A stretch of 64,000 bases of DNA from the human T2T-CHM13v2.0 reference genome, Homo sapiens. Positions 27,353-43,535 of this stretch are shown piece after piece; the first letter of the stretch is position 1, and every line of letters starts with the position of its first letter. The stretch is from assembly GCF_009914755.1 (NCBI RefSeq), contig NC_060927.1, one strand, 5' to 3'. Below the pieces are notes generated by a model. The model was given only the letters and a program-made list of their open reading frames with translations. It had not been told where the DNA came from and did no database searches. The translations under genes were made by a program, and so were the position numbers.

Positions 27353-29845
27353 GCCTTTCACAAACTCCATTTTTCCTGCTTTTCAGTTCTGGCTTTCTAA
27401 CCTTCATTCCTGTCCTCACTATATTATTTTAATAGATCTGCCTATCTTCTTTTTCTTTGGTCCTTAGAGAAGCAGGCTTCTTTTCTGCCTAAGTGTCAGC
27501 TATCCTTCCTTGGTTAGGTTAAAAAAAAAACAATAACAACTCTTCTGGCCACTATTTGAAATCAGCTAGTGCTGCCTGAACTATGCCTTTCCTTCCCTGT
27601 GAACATTCAGCTCTTTTGAACTGAGCTTCCCATCTCACTTTATTTATGTGTCTGCCTCTTCTGCTAAATTTTGTGCTCCTTGAGGACAAGGATAGTGTTT
27701 TATTCATTTCTGCAATCGTAGCAACCTAACACAGCTTTTGGCCCCTAGTAGAAATTTGTTAAATTGTTAATAAGTGAAGAGAGAGGCTTCTCCTGAATAC
27801 CTTGCCAGCTCCTTTTTCCCCCCTAACAGCTGTTTTTCTCTCTTTTCTCTCTAATAACAGTTTTTGCATCAGTGCTGTGGTTTGGCACATACAGGCAACT
27901 TTTGTTATTTGTGGTTTTATTTGCAGGAAAGCATGTAGCCATATTCCATAATTCTTTCCAGAAACCCTTTCTTTTAGTCACCTTTCAGGTTGTCTGATTT
28001 TACCTATGTCAGGAAAGCTTTTGGGATCTATTTGGAAGCTTTGCTCCTTAGCTGCCTATTTCTTGATTCCTTATGTCTTTCCCAGGTTCGTTTCCTCCTC
28101 TCTCCTTCATACCTGCCTTTGCTGTCTCTATCTGGACCTTCCCTTCACCTTGAGTTTTTTATACAGTGTCAACCCCAATGATCTCAAGGTAGAAGCTTTC
28201 AATAGCAACTTATGGAACCACAAAATCATAGACCCCTGAAGCTAGAAAGTGTCTTAGAGATTTAAGTTCAAAGGTTTTCACAGTTTAAAAAACATCTGAA
28301 TTTTTTTTCTAACAAAGATTTAGGCAGAACCCTATATATAAAGCTGGTTAAAAAAAAAATGGAGCTCCTTTGGTTGAAATGAGGTTGGAGGTTCCCAGAG
28401 ATACCAGGGCTCCATAGAACATGGTTTGAGAACCACTAGTCTAGTTCAAATCCCTGACAATACAAATGGGGAAACAGAGGCCTAGGAAGTTAAACACCTT
28501 GCCTAATTCACACAGCAAGCTAGTGACAGGATCTGGACTAGAACCCAGGTTTCCTTTCCAGGTCAGCGCTTTTTTAACCACAGTTTTTTTTTTAGAGCTT
28601 TATTTCCCAAGGGGAGGAAACAGTAACAATGAGTCTTTTATTTTATTGCCCTTGATGAGATCTGACAGAGTCTACCTCTCCTTCCCCACTAGTAAGTCAG
28701 GTTGGCCCCCTCTTGTTATTGTTTTTCTCTAGGACCCAGGCTGGGGCTTGCCTTAGCCTTTGTTCTGTTCCCAGTTTTTGTGGTGCCAAGAAGGATAGGG
28801 AGAGAGCGGATTCAGGCAGGTCATGGTGGCACAGATGTTTCCTGTCCCTTAGCCAGTCTGGCTGTGTCTTTCAGAGAAAGCCAAATGCCATGGCCAGGTG
28901 TGGTTTTGGGGCCTTCCAAGCCCTTGGAGGTGGTAGTTGTTTATAACCGCAATTTCCTCATTAGCTTCTGTTTTTCACAGGCCTCTAGCCACTACCTGAG
29001 GGAATACATCTCAACCTCTATCCTAGGAGTCATCAATCATTCAGAGCTCTTTGTGGTCTGGCCATGACCTACCTCTGTATTTTATTTCCCAGTGTCTCCT
29101 TCATGTGTCCTATATTTTCTCCCAGAATGCTGTGAATTTCTCCCCCTTCCTTCTCATCTTCGCCTGTTAAAATTTTACTTATCTTTCCAGATCAAGCTTA
29201 AATGACACCTTCTTCAAGAAGCCTTTCTGAATTTCCAACCTTGCGCAATCCCCCTCTGTTATAGTATCATAACTTTTTAGTCTCATCGGCCATCATTCCT
29301 TGCCTTATATTTTAGGTACAGTAACTTTACACATACCATAGTGTTTCTCACTTTCATGCCTTTGCTTATGCTATTTGCCCAGAATTCCCTCTCCTAACCT
29401 TTACTTCACTTTTGCCTGGCTAGCTCCTACTTAAATTTAGGATAGGCTCAGGCATCACTTCTTTTAGGATGTCTTCTCTGACCCCTCCAACCTGGGTTAA
29501 GTTCTTCTCATCCTAGAGTGTACCTGTCTCTTTCTGCTTACACATTATATTTTATCTGTTTGTAGCCGAGTCTCGTACTAGACAGCATTCCTAGAACATC
29601 TGTGCCTCTTCCTAGTTCTAGCATCTAGCAGCATCTCACTTATGGTGGATGTTTAATAAATATTTATGGAATGAATGAGTAAATAATTGTTATGCTATTG
29701 TAATGTTTTGAGTTATTTCTGCATTTTTTATAGTTATTTGTTTACCACTAGACTACAGACTCTGTGAGGACAGGGAAAGGGATTGCTCTTTACTTGTTTT
29801 TTGTTTTTTTTGTTTTGCTGTACATAAGGCCTTATTCATAGTAAA

Positions 29846-30467
29846 TATATCAGTCAATGTTCTCCAGTGAAACAGAAACAATAAGAGGGAAAGAAAGAAA
29901 AGGAAGGAAGGGAGGAAAGGAGGAAAGAAAGAAAGGGAAGGTAAGGGGAAGGGAAGGAGAAAGGAAGGGAAGGAGAAAGGAAGGGAAGGGGAGGGCAGGG
30001 AGGAGGGAGGAAGGGAGGGAGGAAGGAAGGAATGAAGGAAAGAAGGAAGGAGAGAGAAAGAGATAGAAAAATAGAGACTTATTTTTAAGGAATTGGCTCA
30101 GATGATTGTGGGGGCTGGCAGGTCCAAAATCTGTAGGGCAGGCTACAGGCTGGAAACTTGGGCAAGAGCTGATACTGCAGACTTGAGTCTGAAATTGGTA
30201 AGACGGGGCAGCAGGCTGGGTTTCTGTATTACAGTCTTGAGGCAGAATTCCTTCTTCTCTGCAAAACCTCAGTTTTTACTCTTCAGGCCTTGAACCGATT
30301 AGCCAAGACCCACACACATTTTCTAGGGTAACCTCCTTCATTTAAAGTCAACTGATTATAGATATTATCACATCTACACAGTATCTTCATAGCAACATCT
30401 AGATGAATGACCGAACAACTGGGTACCATAGCCTAGCCAAGTTTGCATATAAAATTTAATCATCACA
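29846..30467. mobile_element. MLT2 (ERVL) LTR with an internal GA-rich simple repeat (29884-30075)
   Basis: ttctccagtgaaacagaa...aaggaattggctca..gattgtgggggctggcaggtccaaaatctg...taaaatttaatcatcaca. Confidence 0.8.
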
Positions 30468-30539
30468 GTAGGTGACGAATAAACATTTGCTGAATTGGAG
30501 TATGCTTTTGAACTTCTTGTCTAAAGCTCAGAAAAAAGA

Positions 30540-33596
<3,057 letters not shown>

Positions 33597-34889
33597 AGCT
33601 GCTGAGGATTCTAAGTTTATTTTTTCCACAGTAAGGCATAATATAAAGTGACGGAACAAATTTAATACTGCTGGGTCTGATTAAAATTTATAACTTTGAA
33701 GAAATAAACAGATTTGCATTTCTCCAAGATTATGTTTTCCCTAAGTGGTAGTTTGTCAACAGAAAGCTACACTGAATAAAATCTCAGAGATATCCAACTT
33801 CCAATACTTGCTGCTTTATTCAGGTCTGATCTGACCATCTGGAAGAATTTCATTAGGTTTTAATTATCATGCACTAAGAACATAAGCAGAGCATTTTCAA
33901 AGAGGAGCCTTCATTTCATGCTGAGTCTGAAAACCTTATCATAGAAGGAATGTTTGAGAGAATAGGGGTAGTATAGCCTGAAGAAGTGGTCTCAAGGGGC
34001 CCTGTTCACTGTCCCAGACAGGATGGACATGGACAAGAAAGAAGCAGACCAGTTTTATGTGGACAGAGCCAGAATCAAACAGCAAGCTTCAAAATGGCAA
34101 ATGTCAGCCCAGCTTGAAAAAATGAATTGTCTAAAAGTGAAAAAAAAAAAAAAAACCCACAAAACACACAAAAAAACTGAGAAATTTCTCTGATGTCCCC
34201 TTGTTATAAATATTACAGAGGAGATTTTTGCATTGGGGTATGAGGTAGGATATGATGATGTCATTTTAAGTTTCCTACACATGAATGACAGAGACAGACT
34301 AGAGTCTTTAAGTCACTCAAGTGAAGATAGTCATATACCAAAATTGTTTACACATAAGGGGAAAGCTACTCTTGGCCTCAGGCTTTTAGCTGTATTTTAG
34401 GAAACTCTCTAAAGCACAGAATCTGGAAACTGGGGAAACAATATTTAAGTAGAAATCTCGCTTCTAGAGAGTACTGTCAAGGTTTCTGCTTCATCATTCC
34501 CCAAATTCCAAATGATGTGCTTCATAGATCGGCAGAAGTCCCTCTCCTGGCCATTGGCAAACCAAGAAGCAAGGAACTGGCTTTATCCTACTTTATCCCT
34601 GTTGCCCTGGCACTTCCTGTCTGCCATATGTATATTCTGTATTATACGATAACTGCACCACCACTGGGCAGTGATTTGTGAATTTCACTTTCATGCTGTA
34701 CTACCTTTGTTAAAGTCACTTGAAATGCCCTTTCCACATCACATATTGAAATCCTACTGTTTAATTTCTACACTGTCAGACCCTGAAAATATTAGAAGCC
34801 CTGTGGGTAAATCCCCTCCCAAATGAAGAAAAAACAATTCAGATGAATTCCTAATGTACAAAAATTTTTGAATAATGCCATATTTTAGT

Positions 34890-35110
34890 TGTAGTATGAA
34901 GTGGTTAATCTGCTCTGGAGTCAGTTTTCCTAGTTTCAAATCCTGAATCTTCCACCCAGTAGTTGTATGACCTTGAACAAGTTACTTAATCTCTTTGTGC
35001 CTTAGTTATCTGTAAATTTGGGAGATAATGCTATCTACCTTATATAATTCATTATGAGGATTAATTCATAAGGTGTATAAAGTGGTTAGCACAGGTACTA
35101 GTGCTTAATA
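34890..35110 (+). mobile_element. MIR
   Basis: gaccttgaacaagttacttaatctctttgtgccttagtt core. Confidence 0.75.
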
Positions 35111-36251
35111 GATATTAGTTGATATTAATTTCATTGCAGTTATAATTTTGGTGCTTGTACTTTAGATAACAATCTACGGTACTTCTCTCGAACACTAATT
35201 TATTTTTATTCTTCTTTGTTTTAGAGCAGGGTAAAGTCTTTCCTTCCCCTTCCCCCTACCAAGTGCCTTTCATATAGGTGAACAAATAATAGGTGCCTAA
35301 TCTAATGAATCTTTGTTGCATGAGTAAATTAATTAGAATTACAATATTTTGAAAGGCTTATAGAATATATTTCATTACAACAGCACTACATAATGAACGT
35401 CTTTTCAAAGGAATGTGTCCAAACACTAGGGGTAAAAATGAACTAGGTTTTCAGGCTAACCAGCTTGAGTTGGTTTTTAAAACTACTTTTTAGAGCTTTT
35501 GAATGTGAAGTGTATTTCAATGGATCATTAGAGGTGGCTGAAAGGATGGACAAATTCACTGAGAAAAGAGCAAGAACAGCACTATCTGTCTTCATATTTC
35601 TCTATTAAGGCATGAGCTTATACTCTGGGCTAACCTTGATCTAACAAAAAGGACATTGTATTGAGAAGACATCAGCTTTCCCACCGTGTGATCTTGGTCA
35701 ACTTTCTCTCTTTAAGCCTCTGTTTCTTTGCCTATGAGAGGATAGCATCTAAGGTCCATTTCTCCATTCAGAGCCTGTGTGGTTCCATGTTGCTAAACTC
35801 AAGTGCATCTGGGAACCTGTGGCATGACTCTTCCAGAACAGTGCCAGTTCTCCCAGCCTGCCAAAATTCAGTTGTTAGTGTCTGTTCTGGTGAATAATAT
35901 CCCCACTGAACTGGCACCAGTTGGAAAATTGTAGAATGGAATGTGCCACCTGGGTTTGGATTTGGAAATCCAAAGTATTGTTGCCTTGAGGTATGAGGAT
36001 GTTTCTGCTGCGCCATGGTGGTGAGTAGGCTGATAATGCCAGCCATGTCAGTTTGCACTTGGACCAGGAAAAGAGGATCAAGTCTCCTTTGCTAACAAAA
36101 GCAGAATGTGAGGAGATCTCTTTTATTTCCTTGCAGCAATTTGCTCTACGAACTGTGTACTGATGATGTGGTATTACAAACAGAATCAATGCATCAGCAA
36201 AATGATAAAAATAAAACTCCCTTGTGCTTCTATAATACTAAGCTGTTTACA

Positions 36252-36543
36252 TTTTTTTTTTTCAGACAGCATCTCACTCTGTTGCCCAGGCTGGAGTGCA
36301 GTGGTGTGAACATGGCTCACTGCAGCCTCAACATCCCAGGCTGAAGCGATCCTCCCACCTCAGCTCCTAAGTAGCTGGGACCACAGACACTAGCCACCAT
36401 GCCAGACTAATTTTTTATTTTTTTGTAGAGACAGAATCTCATTATGTTGCCCAGGCTGGTTTCGAACTCCTGGACTCAAGTAATCCTCCCGCCTCAGTCT
36501 CCACAAGTGCTGGGATTACAGGTGTGAGCTACCACGCCCAGCC
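36252..36543 (-). mobile_element. AluJ
   Basis: Antisense dimeric Alu; tttacatt flanks. Confidence 0.88.
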
Positions 36544-37321
36544 AATTATTTACATTCTTTATGATACTTGATCTCACAAGCGCTCTGAGTGGAAATCGGG
36601 TCCTCAGTTTCTACATCCTGTTATATCACTTAGGGATTTCTATGTGTTGAATTCCAGTCTTCTTCAATTTGGAGGAGAGTTACCTTTCTTGCTCTAAGGA
36701 GGCAGCATGGTGGAATGGAAAGGGAACATGGCCTGCCTCAAACTGTTGTTTGATCTTGAACTTGTCAAATTTCCCTTCTTCAGGCTTCTGTTTCTTCACA
36801 AGTAAAATAAGTAAAAGATCTCTAAGCAAAATTTTCCCTCTCAGAAGGCTGAGGGAATATTATCTTGTTAATTTTTCATATTATCATGTGAATAAAATGT
36901 ATAAATACTTCAGTAATTGTTGACTTATACCTAAAATAGAACATTAAGGTGGAAGATGGTCCCATCATACGTTGGAAAAAACATGTATTTGTCTATATTT
37001 ATAAATGCCTGACCAGCATTAAAAGAATGAATTCATTTTGTTGAAATGCCCTCCATTTCAAAGAACTCACGCAGGAAAGTTTTTTTTAACCCAGTGGTTT
37101 TTACATAAAAAGAGGAGGAAAAAAACCCCTGAAATGTGTGGCTGTGGTGCACTTGATACTTTACATTCTCATTTACTCATTCAACAAACATTAGAGCACT
37201 AACATGTACCAGGCATTGTAACAGAGCTGGGCATGAGATTGATACAGTGGCTACCACCACAAGGTCGCTATTCTCATGGAGCTTACATTTTGGTTGGGCA
37301 GATGGATAATAAGTAGTTGAA

Positions 37322-37435
37322 AAAATTTCAAAATAGAAATAACGAAGAATAATAAAATGAATCATAAAAAATTTCAAAATAGAAATAAGAATAAAATGAA
37401 TAATAAAAGATTTCAAAATAGAAATAATGAATATT
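37322..37435 (+). repeat. AT-rich ~40-46-bp tandem repeat (about 2.5 copies) inside an L2 fragment
   Basis: atttcaaaatagaaataa occurs three times; aataaaatgaat occurs twice. Confidence 0.85.
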
Positions 37436-38082
37436 ATGAAGATAATATAGAGAATGATGGAGGGGGCACAGAGGAAACTACTTTTGTTCAGATAGTCAGT
37501 AGAAACATAGGAGGGAATATGTGAGCTGAGACTTACACATTAAAAAAGAAGCAGGACATGCAAAAATCTGAGGGAAAGTCGTACAAAAGCCCAAGAGGAC
37601 AGATAATGTTTCAGGAATACATTAAAGGCAGAGTCATTTAATTCTAACAAACTTTGGAAATGGGTACTGTCCTTACCTTATAGATGAAGAAACAAGGAAG
37701 TAAAAGAGCCCAAGTTCAGACAGCAAGTAGAGGACCTGAGATTTAAACCCAGATTAGTCTAGCTCTAAAATTCACACTCTTTCCACTGTGCCACTCAGCA
37801 GTTGATGAAAATGCAAAATTTCGTGCAAAATGAGAAGGCATAAAGAATTTTTTCTGTGTAACATGGTGGGGAGGGCACTCTTCCTTCTTTTTGATTCAGG
37901 GAGTGTGTATACCCCAGCCAGAAGATGTAAATGGCTATTTGTTTTTGTCATCTGATAAACATATGGTATTGTGTATTTTTGTGTGATATTGTTTTGTGTA
38001 TTATGGTTCCTTGTTCCCTTAAGTCCCAGGTGGGCAGGTGTCTTCTGCTGGGAATCAAGAAATAGGTCTTTACTGAGAGTGT

Positions 38083-38430
38083 TGTTATGGGCTGAATGTT
38101 TGTGTCCCCCAAATTTATATGTTGAAGCCCTAACCTCTAATATGATGGTATTTGGAGGTGGGGCCTTTGGGAGGTGATTAGGTTGAGATGAGGTCATGAG
38201 AGCGGGGCCCTCACGATGGTGTTAGTGTCCTCATAAGAAGAGAGACCACGGCTTGCTCACTGTCCTTCACATGTGAGGACACAGAGAAGGCAGCTGCAAA
38301 CCAGGAAGAGTGCCCTCACCAGGAACTGAATCTGCTGGCACCTTGATCTGGACTTTCTAGCCTCCAGATCTGTGAGAAATAAATGTTGTTTAAGCCAGCC
38401 AGTCTATGGCATTTTGATATAGCAGCCCAA
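38083..38430 (+). mobile_element. MLT1A-like LTR
   Basis: tgttatgggctgaatgtttgtgtcccccaaatt...ctgtgagaaataaatgttgtttaagcca. Confidence 0.85.
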
Positions 38431-38563
38431 GTGTGTGTGTGTGTGTGTACATATATATATGTGTGTGTGAGTATACATAGGTATATGTGTGTCTGTACAT
38501 ATATACACAGAGAGATGTGTATGCATCTCTGTGTGCGTGTGTGTGTGTGTGCATGTGTGTGTG
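38431..38563. repeat. Compound (TG)n/(TA)n microsatellite
   Basis: Alternating purine-pyrimidine tract of about 130 bp. Confidence 0.9.
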
Positions 38564-38985
38564 TTATAAAGAATTGGCTTTCACAGTTATGAGGCTGAGA
38601 AGTCCCAAGATCTGCAGTGGGCAAATGGGAAACCCAGGAGAGCTAATGATAGTTCCAGTCCAAGTCTGAAGGTCTGAGAACTGGGAGAGCCAATGGTATA
38701 AGTTTCAATCTGAGTCCAAAGGCAGGAGAAAAGCTATGTCCTTGCTTGAAGACAGGGAGAAAGAGCAAATTCTCCTGTACTCCACATTTTTGTTCTAATC
38801 AGACCTTCAGTGGGTTAAATGATGTCCATCCTCAGTGGGGAGGGCAATCTGCTTGACTCAGTCTACTCATTCAAATGTTAATCTCATCCAGCAACACCCT
38901 CACAAACACATTTAGAAATAATGTTTAAACAAATATCTGGGCACCTGTGGCCTAATCAAGTTAACACATAAAATTAACTGTCATA
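38564..38985. mobile_element. MLT2 LTR
   Basis: tataaagaattggct..cagttatgaggctgagaagtcccaagatctgcag...aagttaacacataaaattaac. Confidence 0.8.
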
Positions 38986-39335
38986 GATGTGCTTTGTATA
39001 AGGCAGTGGTGAGTGTGAGGTTGAGTTGTTGGAGAATAGGAAGGATGTATAAGACAGTATGCACTATCAGGGGGCTTCTGATACAGAGGAGAAAAGAGAC
39101 ACAAATTAAAAATCAGCTGATGATACTAGACTGTCTGTTTAAAGTGACAAATCAACAGGTTTCATTCGGACTAGGCTTCCAGAAGGAGGAGAAACTACTG
39201 CAGGAGAGGAGGTCAGGGAAGATTTCCTAAGGAGGCAGAACTTGTTTTGGACCTTGAAGAATTATGGCAGGGGTGATTTCACAGTGGTCCAAGGCACAGG
39301 GGCTGGGAAACTGTCTGAATTATAGAAGGAGTAGG

Positions 39336-39520
39336 GCAGGGCTCCTGCATATGCTTATGCAGGTTGTTCACTGTACAAGGACATCTATCTGAGGAGACAA
39401 GTAGGGGCTGGGATGCAGCCCCACATTCCACTCACCAATCCAAGTGCCCTGGTGCAGGAGTGTGTCCTGCAGGCATCCTGAGGAAGAGGTGCCTTTTTCT
39501 AATTCCTATGGAGACACTGA
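39336..39520. mobile_element. MER91-like hAT element
   Basis: cagggc...tgcaggttgttcactgtacaagg resembles the MER91 terminus. Confidence 0.5.
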
Positions 39521-40279
39521 AGCAGACTTAAAAGAAGAGATACTAGTTGCAAACAGAAGGGTGAGACCAAATCATGGAGGACATTTCCTTGTATCTAGAC
39601 TGCTACCAAAGGATGGGAACCTGCAGCTCTGGTGACAGCGGTGACTGTGGGTGTGATTCGTGACCGTACAGTGGAGGTAGACCTGCAGTATTCAAGATGC
39701 TAGGAGCCTTACATATCTGGCATAAAATAAAGCCAAATCTTCAAAATTATATTTGCCTGCTCTTCAAAACAAACTTGATAACTGACCCACTTTGCTCCAA
39801 TATCAAATCAGCCTGATTTAATTTTATAAGTCAGTCATGGAAAGAAAATCTGTCCCATGACTCCAAAGCATTCTGTTCTGTAGCTCCACTATAATTACAG
39901 ACAAATGCATCTAATCTTCCCGTCATGTGTTCTCCTGAGTTACAGGATTCTTTTTTTTTTTCCTGTATTTGATAATCTTGTTATCTTGTGATACTGCATC
40001 ATTTAATTATTCCCCAAAATAGAGATCTTCAGAAAATCTATTCAGAAAAAGTGATTTGCTGTTCCCAACTGAAATCACAGCTGGGATGTTTACACAGAAA
40101 TTAGTTATTTTCAGATCTTTGGGATTGCTGCTTTTCTTAAGAGATCTCATCTGCCACATAAGGCTGTTGAAGCCTCCCACAGATCACCTGATGAAATTTC
40201 ATAAACTCCAGAGAAGGCATTCACAGAGGTCTTCAAGCCTAGGACTCTGTATTAGATTGAGCCTGGTTGCTCTCTCTGA

Positions 40280-40472
40280 TTTTTTTCTTTTTCTTTTTCT
40301 TTTTTTTCCTTTCTTTTCTTTTTCTTTTTTTTCTTTTTTTTTCTTTTTTTTTTTTTGAGACAGGGTTTCACCATGTTGGCCAGGCTGCACTCGAACTCCT
40401 GGGCTCAAGTGATCCTCCAGCCTCAGCCTCCCAGGTAGTTTGGACTGCAGGCACACGCCATAGCACTCAGCT
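40280..40472 (-). mobile_element. Alu monomer with a long T-rich tail
   Basis: gagacagggtttcaccatgttggccaggctg; ctctgat flanks. Confidence 0.8.
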
Positions 40473-42089
40473 GTCCTCTGATATTAACCTTCAGATATCT
40501 AGCTGTGTTCAGTAACTCTATAAACATTTCATGTGTCAAACAGTAGGACAGGCTTTGGTAACACAAAATGAGTAGAGCAGAGTCCTCACCTAAGGAAGTA
40601 TATGGTCTCTAAACTTGATCATCAAAAGAGTTGGAATTTAATTTGACTAGCTCTGCCACCTTCTAACTGCTACCTTTAAGCAAGTCAGTTAATTCATCTG
40701 AGCCTCATTTTTCTATAAAACCAGTAACATTAAGATGACATTCTTGTAAGAGGCATATTGTGAGGATTAATTTGGGTGATCTGAGATGAGTGATTTGATT
40801 TGTGTAGGGTCACTCAGTGTTTGTTTTTTCTTTCCCTCCTCCTCCACACCCATGTGTTGCCTTTGTATCTTTACAGACTGAAGACGACTCATTATTTTAG
40901 CTTTACTAAAATCAGAGTCATTTCATTTTGTTCTGTTTTTCTCTGGACCATTTCTACTTTCATCATGTCACTTTTGTCCAGATAAGTGGACCTAATATGC
41001 TGTATCATAAATAGGAAAGCATTACAGCTTGTACAAGATGGGGTTAGGGCATGAGTAGCCCTTTATGTTGGGTTTCCATAAGCTTTCTAGTGATAACTAA
41101 CATTTTTTTACCTTTCATTCTATCTTTTTGGTTTTTGCCTGTTACAGCTCACAGGACTGTCTTCAGGAAACAATTTTCTGTCATTCCAGGTTCCTTTACC
41201 AGATTGTAGTTGAGCATTCCAGTTCATGATCCTCTGATAAGATTATTTCCCCTGAATGTGTTTTCTTACACTTAGGCACATTAAAACTCCTCTGCCACTT
41301 TTCTGCCCACGTCCACATCTTCTTTCAGTTTACCCCTAATCATCTTGGCATTTTAATCCCTGGAAGAGCTGAATGCCATCTGTAACCTTGGCAATTTCCC
41401 CATGCACTCTCTTCCACATCATTTATATGAATGTTAACTAAGACACCATGCAGCTTGCTCTCTATCTAAGAAGTGCCTTACTTGCAGAGCATTTGATATA
41501 ACAATTTAATCAGTGAATTAATATCAAGGACCAGCCACAGAATGTTGCCTTTATCTGGGAAAGTATTCATGTCTTCCTGTTCTTTGTTTCTTATTCTGAA
41601 CCAAACCAATGATCCATAACAGAAATTTCTCCAGGTACTGAAAGTTTTATGGTCCATAAATTAGATAACAAATCCAAATTTGAGTTGAGAACCCCTTCAA
41701 TGTAAAGCCTGACTGTTTGAGGTCTTATTTATGTCTCTGTTCCAGAACATCTACAGTGGGAGTTCTATAAAGTGTTATGTCATTTCATTAAATCTGATTT
41801 TTTAAATGTCGTTGTCATTTCCCAGCTAGCTACTAAGCTCCTAGACCTAATCAATCAAGTGATTAATTGAATTGTCAGGTGAATGCTGTGCAATAGGTAT
41901 TGGCCTGCCAAGTGCCAGTAAAATAGAAAATTCTGAAGTCTAATTACTACACTGGCTTCTGAAATGATCTTAAGCACTGATTCATTCCCTTCAGTCTTCT
42001 CCACATTCCAGAGAAAGCAGCCTCTCAGATCTTAGGCATATCTGACTGTATGATCTCTCTGCTTAAAATCTTTCAGTATTTTCTGAGAC

Positions 42090-42610
42090 AGTTGGGAAAA
42101 CTTGAATACAGACTCAGTAAAGATGTTAATAAAATTAATTTTGTTTGGTGAGACAATGGCATGGCACTTATATTTTAAAAGTCATTATCCTAGAATATTG
42201 GCAAATTAATACAGATGAAGTAGATTAGAGATTACCTGGGACTGAGGGGAGAGGGGAATGGGCACTTATTGCTTATTGGCTACAGAGTTTTTGTTTGGGA
42301 TGATGAAAAGTTTTGAAAAATAGATAGTGGTGGTGGTTGCACGACATTGTGAATACCATTGAAGTGTATACGTAAAAGTGGTTAAAATGGAAAATGTTGT
42401 TATGTCTGTTTTGCCACTGTAAATCATAAAAATAACAGTCATTAACAGAATGCTTAAAAATTGACAGGATAAATGACATGATGTTTGGGACTTACTTTAA
42501 AATACTCAAACCGTAGTCTCAACAACAAAAACAGTGAGGGTAATAGATGAAAAAGATTGGTAAAATGTTGATGATTATTGTGGATATTTCTGCAGTGAAA
42601 AGTTGTAAAA
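42090..42610 (+). mobile_element. L1MB/L1MC 3' fragments
   Basis: agtagattagagattacctggg...gatagtggtggtggttgcacgacattgtgaat. Confidence 0.7.
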
Positions 42611-43502
42611 AATCATTTGGAGATTAGCCCTCAAGTTCCAGAGACTCCACCTGACATTTAAAGCCCTTTGCTCTGCCACTTCCCTGCCTTGGGAACCTCT
42701 GGTCTTCACTGTTCAGCCAGCAGTGTGCTGGGCCCCTGTAGTGCCCAGAGCCTCACCCAAGCTTCTGTGCGTTTGCCCTTACATTTCAATTCTGCATCTT
42801 CCTTCCTATGTGGCTAATTCCTACTCATTCTTTAAGACTCAGTTCAGTCTCTTTGGAGCATTCATGGACTTCTCCAGGCAGGGAGAATGGCTCCCTCCTT
42901 TGGGTTCCCATAATGCTGTGCTTGTATGTCTACTGCAGTTGATACCCTGAATTATAATCTTTTATTTTTGTTTCTGTCTCTCCACTGACATATGAGGTAG
43001 AGGAAACTTGCTTTCCACTGTACATCCTCCTGGACTATATGAAACTTTTATTATTGTTTTAGTTGTGTGCTTAAATTTTTTTTTAAAGGAAAAGATTAAA
43101 AGGTAGAAATGTGAGTGCTAGATGTAAATCTGAAGAGTTGAGTGGGAACTTAGCAGTGACCCCCATGTAGATATTGGCGTCCTTTTGTAGACTCTGCTTT
43201 CTGTACTTTGTTATCACTAATGGTTGCCAATTTTTATAGTTCCAGCACCTACCACTGGATGCTCAGTAAATTTTTGCTGAATTTAGTGACAAACCACGGC
43301 GTTTCTTTCTACAAGTTGCAAAAGCCAGCTATCCAGCTTCTTTGAGGGAGGGAAGTGGATGCATACTTGTTAGAAGAGACAGTTAATGTTTGGGTATGGT
43401 TTTTCAGAGCAGCAAATAAGCAGCTGGAGGGATACCCCTGTGCCAGTAGAGTCTGTGGCTATTCAGCCAGTGCAGTGAGTGGTGAGCTGTGACTGCAATC
43501 AG

Positions 43503-43535
43503 CTGCAGTACTCATCTTGCCAGTGGGTGGCGGCC
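43503..43535 (+). promoter_or_regulatory. Candidate CTCF site with upstream (U) motif
   Basis: CTGCAGTAC, 5-nt spacer, then TTGCCAGTGGGTGGCGGCC, close to the core CCAGyAGGTGGCG. Local CpGs are retained in otherwise CpG-poor DNA. Confidence 0.65.

Noticed and set aside
29857-30066. E/K/G/R-rich ORF
   Set aside because: Translation of a GA simple repeat.
36003-36025. REST/RE1-like motif (minus strand tcaccaccatggcgcagc)
   Set aside because: Mismatch in the TCAGCACC half and a broken GGACAG half; too degenerate.
37322-37435. Repeat-spacer-like pattern suggestive of CRISPR
   Set aside because: The spacers are similar to each other; this is an AT-rich tandem duplication in a mammalian L2, with no cas genes.
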